From the NCBI GenBank assembly GCA_052426225.1, contig JBNJNM010000009.1, positions 434,001 to 498,000 on the forward strand: DNA of 64,000 nucleotides. Direction: 5' to 3'. This DNA comes from Zancudomyces culisetae HAW-14-8 (taxonomy: Eukaryota; Fungi; Kickxellomycota). Position 1 is the first letter of the stretch; every line of letters begins with the position of its first letter. Shown here in pieces: positions 48,237 to 60,265 of the stretch. Under the pieces are notes generated by a model. The model did no database searches and was not told where the DNA came from. It saw nothing but the letters and a program-made list of their open reading frames with translations. Made by a program: the position numbers and the translations under genes.

Positions 48237-50541
48237 ATGCATCGTATTATGAATCGATCAATTCAAACCGGGGGTCTAGCAAAACTCAGTGCTTTCCAAA
48301 AGATGGGTAAACTCCAAAAAGCGTGTATTATCAGAGAGTATACTCGCCTTAGAGCTAAACATGACGATATACCATCACATATACCTACATATACGCAGGG
48401 TAAGTACCAACCATGTCTTGTGCTCTACAAATTAGTGTATGAAATATAAATTTGGAAAACTAGTTTAATATTTTATGCATTATTTAGTAGTCTCACTATT
48501 ATTTTGTATCTAACATACTTTATATTCACTCGACTTGTCAACTTTATCTACTTTTTGTAGTGAATAACTACCATGCCTTTTCCACCAGGTAATTTTTGAA
48601 ATATTAATTATTGCATTTCGCCACTATTTAGTTTAATATTGACACTCAAGAATAATAACTAGAGTATCGGGTATATCTTAATATACTCACACATGCTCAG
48701 AATATTGAAAAGTGTTGTACGATTGAGAAAGAGTTGCACCAACCAGGATGAAGTAAATGTACTTACTTTAATATCTTTATATAATATACTTTCTCTAGAG
48801 CTGGGTTTATCGGCAATTGCAAAGTAAGTGTACACAATCCTTACTTACATCTAATTATAAATATATCCATTGAATTAAAAGTACAAAGTATAGCTTTAAA
48901 CTCTTTTCGTGAACTATGGTACTAACTGGTATATCGATTTAATTGACATAAATTTAATCAGAACTTGAATAGAAAAAGAGGATTTAACACAACCCTTGTC
49001 GGATATCAAAATGGGTTTACACAGATTCAGACCAGGAGGTTTTGTAATGGAAACAACAAAAAATTGGTAAACCTATGCCTCTAAAACCCCTACTTTATTG
49101 CTTTTATCTCTTGTTTAAAATTGCTGTTAATAGTGCGATAACATAAAATTAAATAGCTCGCAATTGGGTGTTGTGCAATCGATGTGATATCAAGAATATC
49201 CGATACAAGGAACGCAAACCTGAGTAAAGATGGCGGGGCACTTAAATCAACTTCATACATAGGCAAGGTGCAGTCGTCCATTGGAGGAGTTGCACAAAAT
49301 ATTTCCAGGGTGGCGCATTTGGCAGGCGCCGATGTTTATTTGGTTGCCATGGTTGGAGATGATCCCTTTGCAAATACCATCAAAAGCGAATTGGAAAAAA
49401 TACATTTAAATACTGAGTATCTTTTGAGTAACCCAGATTATGGATCAGCGGTTTATAACACAATACACAACTATGATGGTGATCTGGTAGCAGGAGTTGC
49501 TGATATGGATGTTGTTGAGCAGCTCACTCCCAGTCAGGTTAGTAAACGACTCATTTTATAAGAGAATGTATCGTTTTGCTTTGGTAATGAATTCTACTTT
49601 ATTATTTATATAATAGGCCTCTGATGCAATAGTGAGAATACAACCAAAAAATGTTGTATTTGATGGAGGTATAGCGTATGAAACTATTGCAGGAATTACA
49701 GAAACATGTAGCAATCTAGGAATTCCAAGTAAGAATATTAACTCATTATATACTGCTAGCTATGCTATTGGTCTCATAATAAATGAACCTTGACAAAAAA
49801 CACAAATATATACACGAATAGCCTTCTTCGAGCCAACATCACTACCAAAATCACTAAGGTTAATCGAGGCTATAAATCACAACCATGCCTCTGTTGATTG
49901 TATCACACCCAACTTTTCAGAACTGGAAATCATGGCCAAACATGCCATTGATACAGGACTGATCAAGGAAGATGTGGAAAATATTGACTACTATTGTAAG
50001 AGTCTATGAATATTTTGTACAAAACCACTTTACTCGCACTTGGATTAGTGTCTAAATACTGAGTATACTAAACAACGGTACTTTCTTAAACAAACTACAA
50101 ATAGGCAAGAAATACCCCGAGTTTAGCAGAGAGTTGATTACACGATCTCTACAAGTGATAAAACTGTTCCCAACCATTCTTATAACTATGGGTTCGAAGG
50201 GAGTAGTAATCGCAACATCAGCATTTGGACCAAACACTAACACCAACCAAAATGTTGGATCTAATGGCAGCCAGTCTGAGACACCAGATATAATATTCAA
50301 AAGCATACCCGCACTAACTCCACCATCCGAGATAGTCAACACCAATGGGGCAGGGGATAGTTTTATGGGTGGTCTCATGGCACAATTGAGTAGGAGTGAC
50401 TATAATTTTAAGAATACTGAGAATAAGCTGCCCTTAGAAAAGCTATGCGAGTTTGTACAAAAAGCACAACGTGCATCAATCAAGTCTTTACAGAGCGAAT
50501 GTGCGGTGAATAGTGATATTACACCCGAGTTGTTTGATTAA
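48237..50541 (+). CDS. pfkB-family kinase, pseudouridine-kinase-like, multi-exon (5' exon structure uncertain)
   Basis: LAIGCCAIDV (from ~49157), GGVAQNI, VGDD, GVADMD, FFEPTS, ITPNFSEL, ITMGSKGV, IVNTNGAGDSFMGG; several GT..AG introns; short candidate 5' exons from 48237. Confidence 0.8.
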
Positions 50542-50910
50542 TTGAGTTAGGAATCTAGTCTGTTCTAATGATTCTCGTTAATTTTATTTTTTTTAATATT
50601 TCATTCCGTACTGGCGATAATATAATATACAAGTATAACTACAGTTTTAAGAATAGCAAATATCTTTAGAATAATACTTCACTGCTGACTCGTTACGTTT
50701 TGATTAAATATAGTATCTATGGAAACAGGGATAAATAATCCATGAGCATACAGAATTAAAAAAACCACATGTACCAAAATCGGACTGTTCATAGACATCA
50801 TAACACTAGCTATCCTTTTCAATATCTTTAATTACTTGTGTTGATACAAGCATCGACCAAGTGTTTAGAATTAATTGACTACCATGCTTGTGCTGAGGTG
50901 TGTGGCACAT

Positions 50911-50945
50911 ATCATACCACCTGACTGGGATGTGCTCTTGGCAGA
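50911..50945 (-). repeat. Dispersed inter-gene motif, copy F (degenerate, closest to copy A)
   Basis: Reverse complement tctgccaagagcacatcccagtcaggtggtatgat. Confidence 0.4.
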
Positions 50946-51534
50946 TAAAACCAAATGCTGAAAAAAACATCTCATCTTATACAATTTCAACCATGAGAGG
51001 CCTTAAGGTTGCCAGTGCACTATTCAGCAGATCTATTCTTTTTTGGTTATTTTTATTTGCTCTAAGAAATGAATATTATATGGCTTTCGGTTTTGATGAT
51101 CCTCAAGATGTATTTTCCCCTTGACTTGGCATCTAATTTTGGTTAGATGTTTGTATATCCAACAAACATTCAGTATAATCTACCTACATTACCCTCAAAT
51201 AATCTACAAAGATGGTAAATACAATTTACACCAAATATTGCTTGGAATCGAGATTTGGTTGCCTGAAAATACAAAAAATAATATATTCCAATAATTCTGA
51301 TTGTATGAAAATAAAGATGGTAAATACAATATTCATCTGTGCTAATGGTTTCATCAAGTTTTATTCTTTTCCATTTTTAATCAGCAGTGAATTGTAGATG
51401 GACTTCATTCATGGATATGTAGGAAATACTATATAAACTGAGCAGCTCCATCATTAAAATATCTAATTACACTTAATCTTAATTCTTTTAACAATCAACA
51501 GATACAAGAATAATATATAATAATAACAATAACA

Positions 51535-52458
51535 ATGAAGTTAAACAACATTTCATTCTGTAAAAATATCCTCACAGCACTATCGCTTGGAGGTATTTCA
51601 GCTGTACATGCTTCCTCAGTTGATAATGTAGATACAAATACTGGCATATCACAGAGCGGAGATGGTGGCCTCATTAACAATGCGAGAATCCTAAATGGGG
51701 AACCAGCAAAGAGAGAAGATTTTCCATACATAGGAAGAATGAACGGGGTGACGGAGGGTGCTTACAGAGAATGTGGTATTTCACTCATTTCCGATCGAAT
51801 TGCAGTGACTGCAGCTAGCTGTTTATTAAAACAGGGCTCCAAATCAATTCAATATATGAACTATATACCAATTACTATTAGTAGTAGGATATCAAAAAAC
51901 AGTTCTTCAGGTTACTATTCATCAAATATTGTACATATTCATCCTGAGTTTTCTCCAAAGTCGTTGGAAAATGATATAGTAATTCTTGAATTAATGTCTC
52001 CGGTATCAAAGGATATTGCCACACCAGTAGCGATATATAGTGGAAATGTAACAGATATTATGGATTTGATTACAGCAGGTTGGGGCTCCACTTCGACTGG
52101 GATATCGGATGTATCTAGCGATATGCTGAACTCAGCTATGCAATCACCTTCTTCTTCAAGTATTTGTAAAGACGCCAACGCCATCTGGTCAGACAACAAC
52201 AAAAATCTTGTCTGTGCGCTAGTAAAGGACGGCAAAAGTTTGGCAAAAGGTGATGGTGGAAACCCTTTGGCGTACATAAACAATGGAGTTAATATACTTG
52301 TTGGTATTGCGAGTACTACAGGTAGATCTGAGAGTGGTGCTGATATTCGTCCGGAATATACTGAAACAAACTATTATACCCATGTATACAGCTTCATTGA
52401 CTGGATTGTAAATGTCACAGGACTTGAAAAGTCATACTTATTGAATACAGCTGTTTGA
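51535..52458 (+). CDS. Trypsin-like serine protease homologue (non-catalytic); homologous frame continues past TGA to 52599
   Basis: Signal peptide, R-ILNG, VTAASC, ENDIVILEL, AGWG, GDGGNP, YYTHVYSFIDWI. Confidence 0.85.
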   Translation: MKLNNISFCKNILTALSLGGISAVHASSVDNVDTNTGISQSGDGGLINNARILNGEPAKREDFPYIGRMNGVTEGAYRECGISLISDRIAVTAASCLLKQGSKSIQYMNYIPITISSRISKNSSSGYYSSNIVHIHPEFSPKSLENDIVILELMSPVSKDIATPVAIYSGNVTDIMDLITAGWGSTSTGISDVSSDMLNSAMQSPSSSSICKDANAIWSDNNKNLVCALVKDGKSLAKGDGGNPLAYINNGVNILVGIASTTGRSESGADIRPEYTETNYYTHVYSFIDWIVNVTGLEKSYLLNTAV

Positions 52459-52967
52459 CCCTTGCCTAACTACTCAACAATTGGTATTGTAAAGACCTAT
52501 GGGGATTATCCTATTTCCATTTCCGCATCAACCATTTTGCAAAATACCGGATTTACGCTAGTAATATTCTTATCATTGGTATTGGTTTTACTATTTTAGA
52601 TCTGTTTATGGTTTTTTTTGAAAAATTTGTTGATGTCAGTTATCTTTTTTACTTATAAATGTAAACTTTTGATTATTGTGACTAAGTAGTACTATATTAT
52701 TATATGAATTAATAATTTTGAAACATTAATAGAAGTTCACACACTAATAAAGCATTTTGTGTCTCATTGTATTGAAACAATTAGGGAAGGAATAGAGCGA
52801 ATAACAGATTAGAGGGAGGTTAGTGATAGTTAACAGCAATCAAAGTATAACAGTTATTACAAATTAAGAAATCTTATGCAAGTATCTACTCTTCAAAGTT
52901 AAAAAACATACACACGACCTATACAGATTAATACACCACTTCGTTTCTTACAGTAAAATATCTTGTA

Positions 52968-53005
52968 TCCTTGAACCAACACCCTGAGGGTAAGGGGGTT
53001 CTTAG
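52968..53005 (-). repeat. Dispersed inter-gene motif, copy G
   Basis: Reverse complement ctaagaacccccttaccctcagggtgttggttcaagga. Confidence 0.65.
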
Positions 53006-53430
53006 AAGGTCAGAGACTAGTAGTTTAGATGGGTATTGGATTTAATTATTTTTGAATATTAATATTTTCGTATTGAAACTCTTGAAAAAGCGTAAATTAC
53101 TGGACTGACAATAGATCAACTTTTTTGATTTGATGTTTAATCCTGAACGAGGTATCCAATCATCTGAATTATCAGTGTTTTCATTTGGCAATTATTTAGT
53201 AATTCATAAAACAAAAAGACTAGAAGGTTTTGTTGGTTATTTTAAATCGAGGCAAATGACAGCTTTAATCGAAAACTAATATATGGATAAATGGATCAAA
53301 AAAATGAAGAAAATAGTATAAAACTGACATAGTTCTGCTTTTTGGGGTCTATCCATCTGTATTCTTTACATTATATACAAACATAGAAAGTAACTTGAAG
53401 GAGAAAAAAAGGAATAACTCGACTTACGAT

Positions 53431-56400
53431 ATGATGAATACTACAAACAACGAAAACAATATTTTCAACAACCTGCCAGAAATTATCCTGTCAACTATAT
53501 TTGTACTTGCTCAAAACCCTCAACTATCACTATTGAACAAAAGTGCATCAAAGCAACTCAAAAGTTGAAAACTATTAGCGAGTATATGTTTTATTATACT
53601 TTATATAGCAATCAAAATTGATTTGGATGGAGGTTGGGTGACATATTCGAGAAACACACCAGAATAAACACGAATGAAACTGTCGGAATATTGTTTCTGG
53701 GTAGAATCAAGAGCCTAGAATTTGAAACTGCTCTAAAACTGGCATTCAAGTATAGATGGAAAAGTGTAATAAAGAAGCCAATTAGGATGTATGTAGAGAT
53801 TGATTGGAACACTTCAACAGTTGTACACAAAGGTACATTATTTATGAACGAGGGTGAGTATCTAGATATCGACTTTAGAAATTTGTTCTCTGAAAGAAAT
53901 GAATATCTGAGAGAACATACTGACATAAAAATTCCTGATTCTGAATATATAAGACCGCTAATAAGGGTAAATGAATATCCGAATAGTCAGCTGTGGGATA
54001 TCTACAACCTTACAGACAAAGCCAACATTGAAATGTTATTAGATATTATCAACACCAAGTTTGAATTTCCTCCAGAGATATTCATTTCATTTAGAAGAGA
54101 GACCAGATGTATTGATGAGATATTTATGATGTATTGCTTGTTGGTGGTTGTACGTAAAAGCTGCCAATCAAACAACCTTGAATGGTTCAAAAGAATTTTG
54201 GATCTGGAAAGTGACACAAACTTTTGTTTTAAAGCATTAGGATCGGTTATAAACCCTACTTATGATCCGATTGAGGCGGAATTAGAAGAGTTTGTAAGTA
54301 AATGTGGATATAAGAATGAGAAGGATTTGTTAGTTTACACTCTGTGCACATTTTATTCATTTAAATTAAAAACAAAAAGACTAATATCATATCTCAAAGA
54401 TAACTACACTAGTATTAGGCACGCACTAATATTTTTCGATGCAGCGGTATATAATGGATGAGTGAGTTTGATGAAGAAGTATTTTTTCAAAATCGAATTA
54501 AACTCGCAAAATATTAGAAATCTTAATGATTTTGCGTACAAGATTGGTGATGTGAATAGCATAAAATCACTTTTAAACAAAGTGATAAACACACGGGAGA
54601 GCTGGATAAGAATGCACTTAAAACATCTATAAAAAAGAAAGATCCCGAATTGGTAAAAGATGTTATATGAAAATATCCGAAAACGGTAAGTGTTCTCTGC
54701 CTAGAGGAAGCAGTGAGAAGTGGTGATGTCATGATTGCAAATTTGCTTGTCAATTCTGGATTAGGTTTAAAATTACCCGAGTTTTCTAGAATTGGTATTG
54801 CAAACGAAAATAAAAATAATGATATTCTACAAAATCCATGGGACGATAATTGGAATTCGAAATCCCCTAGTTTTGATGGAATAAAAATTGCATGCAAAAA
54901 TGTAAATACGAATGTGCTACTGCTGTTGTTAGAAAATGGTGTTTCTGCTGAACTAGCTGGTCAATTTGCGATTAAAAATCTGTGCAAAGTGACAAATTAT
55001 CAGATAGTAAAACGACTATTAGAGCTCTATGATAAAAACAAAGTTTAGGATGGTTTTAAATCGAAAATATCAGAAACTGAAGTCAAAGTAGGAAAAAGTC
55101 TGGGAATTAATGAAACAATTTTATGTCAAATTGAAGAAAACCAAAATAAGTTTGACATATGTGCTGAACGTGGGGATATTCTTCGATATATCGGTTTATA
55201 CGAAAGTGTAGTAGAGATTATAAAATCGAGTAGAAAAGGCATTGTCAATGTATATGCAATGTATTTTACGAAATCATCAGGTTATTCTCGTTTCGAGTAA
55301 ATTACAAGAGATTGTCATGATAAAAAAGTTGAAAAGGTAATTATTTCATTAAGAATACTCTACAAAGCTCATTCAACGACAATGAATCCAATGAAGCAAA
55401 CGAGTCAAAATACGGAAACAATGCAGAGGTGTTGAACGATAAAAACTACGAGCAAGCAAAATCAGAATTAATCAACCGAAACTTTGAAATACTGAAACTA
55501 TTGATAGATTATGGAATTGATATTAATTCATACGATAGTTTGGTCTTAAGAACATCATACAAAGCTGGTGATATTGACTGGATAAATTACTTTATTAGTA
55601 AGGGTGCAAAACTGAATGAAGAATCGAGTGGTTTTGAAGAAGCGTGTAAATCAGATGAAGTTGAGGTGTTGGAGCACTGGATTAGGAATGGTGGTGTAGT
55701 ACCCAAGAATCCAGAGTATGATTGTATTAGCATGGCATTTTTACTTGTTAGTTTCAATATGGATAAATGGCTGGTAGAAAGTGGAGTAGATTTAAGCGAC
55801 CCAGAGCGGAATGGAGTCAGAATCGCATGTAGATTGGGTCTCAAGAGAACACTGAAATATCTATTGGATAATAATGCTGTGATAAAGGGTGTTCGCCATA
55901 ACCAATTGGAATGTCATGCATGACTGAAAATGTTGAATTGATAAAAACGATTCTGGAGCACTATTACAGTTTAGGAGTATTGGAAAGAAAAGATAACTCT
56001 AGCTCAAAGGAAAGAGAGACAAAGAATGTTTCTTGGATGGATGATGAAAACCCTGATCGTTCTGAAGAATACATGATCACCAAAGTATTAATTGAAAAGG
56101 GTGAGCCTATCCATAATGGTGATTTGGTAAATGGTGTAAAGGAAGCAGCTAGAGCAAATAATATTGAAATATTGAAACTCCTACTAGCTTACAAGATCGA
56201 TCTCAACAATGATTTGATAATACTGAAATCTGCAATAAAAAATGAAAATTTCGAAATGGTGCAATTATTTTTGGAGAATGGACTAATTACTAAAATTCAT
56301 TCAAGCAATATAAATGAAAGATACAAAACAAAAAACTATGTCAATGAAAATATTTGTAATCAAAATGGCGCAAAGTTGGATATAATTTCACAATATCTTC

Positions 56401-56900
56401 AAATTTATTCTGATCTAGATAATATATGTATATTGAGACTAATACTTTTATATTCATCCTAGAGTGGTGCTGATCCAAACTTACTACAAGCTACTATTCA
56501 GAAAAACAAAACTGAGGGAACTAGGTTGCTTTTGATGCGTGTGGATACATTAGCCAATTATGGATATTATCTCACCTTTGATGCTAGTAAGAACAATAAC
56601 CTGGAGCTTTTAGTAATGCTGTTTACGAAGGGGACAAAAATACATAAAGGTCGAATAAGTGAAGTAGCTCAGGAATGCCTAAATAATAATCTAGAAATGT
56701 TAACGCTTTTATTTGAAAGAAATCATAATTTGGTACTAAAATGGGAATATGGGCTCAAGATAGCATGTGTTAAAAAAAACATGGTGCTGATACAAGTGAT
56801 CATATTGGTTCAATATTAGAAATAGCAAGAGGACTAAATGATATGAACTATTTGAGTATTGTCAAAGTATGGTAAATGCAAAATTTGTCTCTAAGAATTA
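53431..56900 (+). pseudogene. Broken paralogue of the F-box-like/ankyrin gene
   Basis: MMNTTNNENNIFNNLPEIILSTIFVLAQNPQLSLLNK then multiple frameshifts/stops; fragments colinear with 14742-18158; 3' end approximate. Confidence 0.85.
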
Positions 56901-57207
56901 AGTGAGATGAACCGTCTCATAAATATGTTTGTAATTAAAAGGTGGTAGTTAAAATACTAAACAACTCAATATAATTTGTTATTCAATATCTAGTGATATT
57001 TAAGAATAAGAATATATTGAAACCAAGTTTTTAAGGCAACCAAGGCGATTATGACAGCGAATATCGTTGTAGGATCAAATCGTTCAAAAAATATCAGATC
57101 GTTATAAATCACATGTATCATAACAGTATTGTTATTAAATTCAATTATAATCACTAATTATCATGAATGATAATCATTTAATATCATAAATATTATTTTA
57201 TTATTAG

Positions 57208-57427
57208 TGTCGGACGTGGCTGGACTGGCCACGCTCCTTAGTCGGGTTTCTCATGGAATCCATCTCTCTTTGAACCACTCCTTCAAGAAAAGAGAATGGA
57301 TCACGTGACGCTTCCGGTTCTATTTCCATAGAAGTAGCTTCGGAGCGATCACTATCCGAGGAGTACCGCCCCTCATCCTTGAATCTCTGGATGATGGCAG
57401 CGCGCAGATGACCCATAAGACCTGACA
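57208..57427. mobile_element. Possible solo LTR (220 bp, TGTC...GACA), coincident with a 74-aa minus-strand ORF
   Basis: Sharp GC-rich island in AT-rich DNA; ends TGTCGG / CCTGACA; flanks TTAG / TGAG. Confidence 0.4.
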
Positions 57428-58660
57428 TGAGATTTTAGTAATTTTAAACTTTTATCTTTTACTATTTTAAACTTTTAGCCGTAGCACTATTATATGATTA
57501 TATTAATTTTCAATAAACTTGTATTAAACAGAATCCTTCTTGTTCAATGTCTTTATTTCTTACTGTTATGAATATGTTTTAAACTACTAAAAGAGCTAAA
57601 GAGACTCCTAATGAGATCTCTTTGGCTTTTATATATGTTAATTGCTAATTTTAAAACTATTACTAATCTTATCCTATTAATATTTAATATATCCGCTATC
57701 TCTTCATATTATGCTTTGTGGTCGTCCTCATAGTTTGACTCATTTTTCATAGTCGATTAAATACTCTTTAATTTAATTAAATATACTAATAATAATAAAT
57801 TCTTTTTATGTCCTTATTTCATTTTGTAATTTTTCTCTTGGATTTTTGATCTGACTATTTCCTTCATTTTATGATCAGAAATAATCTTCATATTTTTGAT
57901 TGTTAATGGTTAAATAATATTCATTTCATTTTTAGATAATTGAATAATTTCCTTTGAATATTTATATATTCCCAAGAAATCGGATTAAGTTGGAATTCAA
58001 CCCAGAACACACGACATTAGACTAAATATTAAATTGTTACACTTGATCAAATTAAATGAATCACTATTAATATTGTGTTGGTTAAGAAATAAGTATTAGT
58101 TTATTAATTATATATATACAAGCTTAGTTGAAAAAATAGGTAAATATTTCATTTGATGAACAACTAAGTTTACAATCTCGTTAATTACTTAAAAGCTATA
58201 ATAAATATATATTATAATTTCAGTGTTTTTTATAAACATTAATAATAACTTTCGAAAACTAACTGTGATAGTTATTAATACCAAAATTATTAATGTTTAT
58301 AATATTGGTATCTCTCAATAATACCATAAATCGATTTCTCACATACTCGTCTATATCATTTAAATTATATATTTACTAGATTATTGTTATAAAATTAAAA
58401 ACTATTTAATCTAACTTTAAACATTTTATGAATATCAAAAAATTAAAATTTAAAAAATTATAATAAATTTTTACACAATACAATATTTATCTTTGACTCA
58501 ACCGATAGCTACTCTATAAGCAGTCATAATATAGTTAATCTATCGGCATATCTAATTAAGTCTCAATACTTATTAGAATAAAATAGAAGTATAAATCAAT
58601 AGTGCAAAAATTAAGATGAAATGTATATGAATATAAATTTGGCAATATTGATAATTATTA

Positions 58661-60265
58661 CAGTGACTCAAAAAATTGTTCAAATGTTCTGATGTCCATT
58701 AAAAAATTATACATCTAACGAATACTATATCGTATCTCTGTAAATTTTACAAATATTATACATCCATATACCATGTATAACATAATAAATTTTTAGAATA
58801 CTGAAACAGCCAATCAACTGTAGTTATACTTTTTGTATTAATATTTTATTTGAACAATTTTTTGGTTTTAAATTAAAATTATTAATTTTGATGATATCCT
58901 TTTCATAATGTTAGCTATCATTAAAAAAATTTATATGTTACTAGATATACTTACAATTATCTACACAATACATTTTATTATTAAAATTAAATTTTTGATC
59001 AATATAAATACGATGAAAAAACTAAATAATGAAAAAGTTTGGAGTGTTAAAATCTGCTGGATAATGGATACTCATATAGCCAAATTGCATCTAAACTATC
59101 TATTAGTAAAAGGACAATATCTAACATAAAAAAAAAGTATTGTCCATCAATAAAATCTTTATCACATGGCAGCCCAAATAAATTGACAAAAGCTAATGAG
59201 CGATTAATAATTTGTAAAATTACGTCTGGACAATTTGATACAGCGACAGACTCTACAAAATTCCTCAAGGATAATGGCCTCGTAGCTGTGGTTCCTCAAA
59301 AAGTGCGGAATAGCTTGAATAAATATGGTTTAAGTGCAAAACCTAAGGTCAAAAAACCTATGCTAAAATTAGGCCATATTAAACAACGACTTGCATTTGC
59401 TTAAAATAATCAGCATTGGACTGTACAAGACTGGAAACGTGTGATATGGTCAGACAAGACTAAAATTAACAGATTTGGGTCAGATGGGCGCATGTGGTGC
59501 TGGAAAAAACAAGGGAGCCAGTTAAAACCGAACCATGTTAAAAAAACTATAAAACATGGTGGAGGTTCAATCATGATATGGGGATGATGACTTCAGAAGG
59601 CTCAGGCTATCTTACTATAATTGATTGCGGACTTAATGCAGAACTGTACTGTGATATTCTTGAAGACGAACTGGTAAAATCAATGGAGTGGTACGACTTA
59701 GACAGGCAAAGTACAATTTTTCAGCATGATAACGATCCAAAACACACCGTGATAATTACTAAAGAATGGTTGCAAACTAACTGAATTCAGGCGCTTGACT
59801 GGCCAGTGCAGTCACCTGACCTAAATCTAATTGAACATTTATGGGTCAGTTTGAAAAGACGGCTGTCAGATCACGAAAATGCACCAAAAGGGATAAACGA
59901 ACTTTGGGACCGCGTACAAGACGAGTGGAATAATACATCACGTGTCGAGTGTATGTCGCTAATCAGTAGCATGCCAACAAGAATTAATGCAGTATTGAAA
60001 GCCAGGGGTGGATTTACCAAATATTAGTATAATTACGTTTATATATTTTTTTAATATTAGCAAAAAAATTGTTCAAATAAAATATTTTTACAAAAAGTTA
60101 ACTACAGTTGATTGGCTGGTTCAAGTATACTAAAATTTTGATAGGTAATACATGGTATAAGGCTGTAGAATATTTCTATTATTTATAGTGATTCGATATG
60201 GTATTCGTGAGAATAATATTTTTTAATGAACATCAAAAACATTTGAACTATTTTTACAGTCACAG
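58661..60265 (+). mobile_element. Tc1-family (DD34E) DNA transposon, decayed, ~200-bp imperfect TIRs, TA flanks
   Basis: TA|CAGTGACTCAAAAAATTGTTCAAATG ... CATTTGAACTATTTTTACAGTCACAG|TA; arms ~58661-58864 and ~60061-60265. Confidence 0.9.
59013..60027 (+). pseudogene. Tc1 transposase pseudogene
   Basis: VIWSDKTKINRFGSDG, KHGGGSIMIWG, FQHDNDPKHT, QSPDLNLIEHLW, ARGGFTKY; stops and frameshifts; start approximate. Confidence 0.9.
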
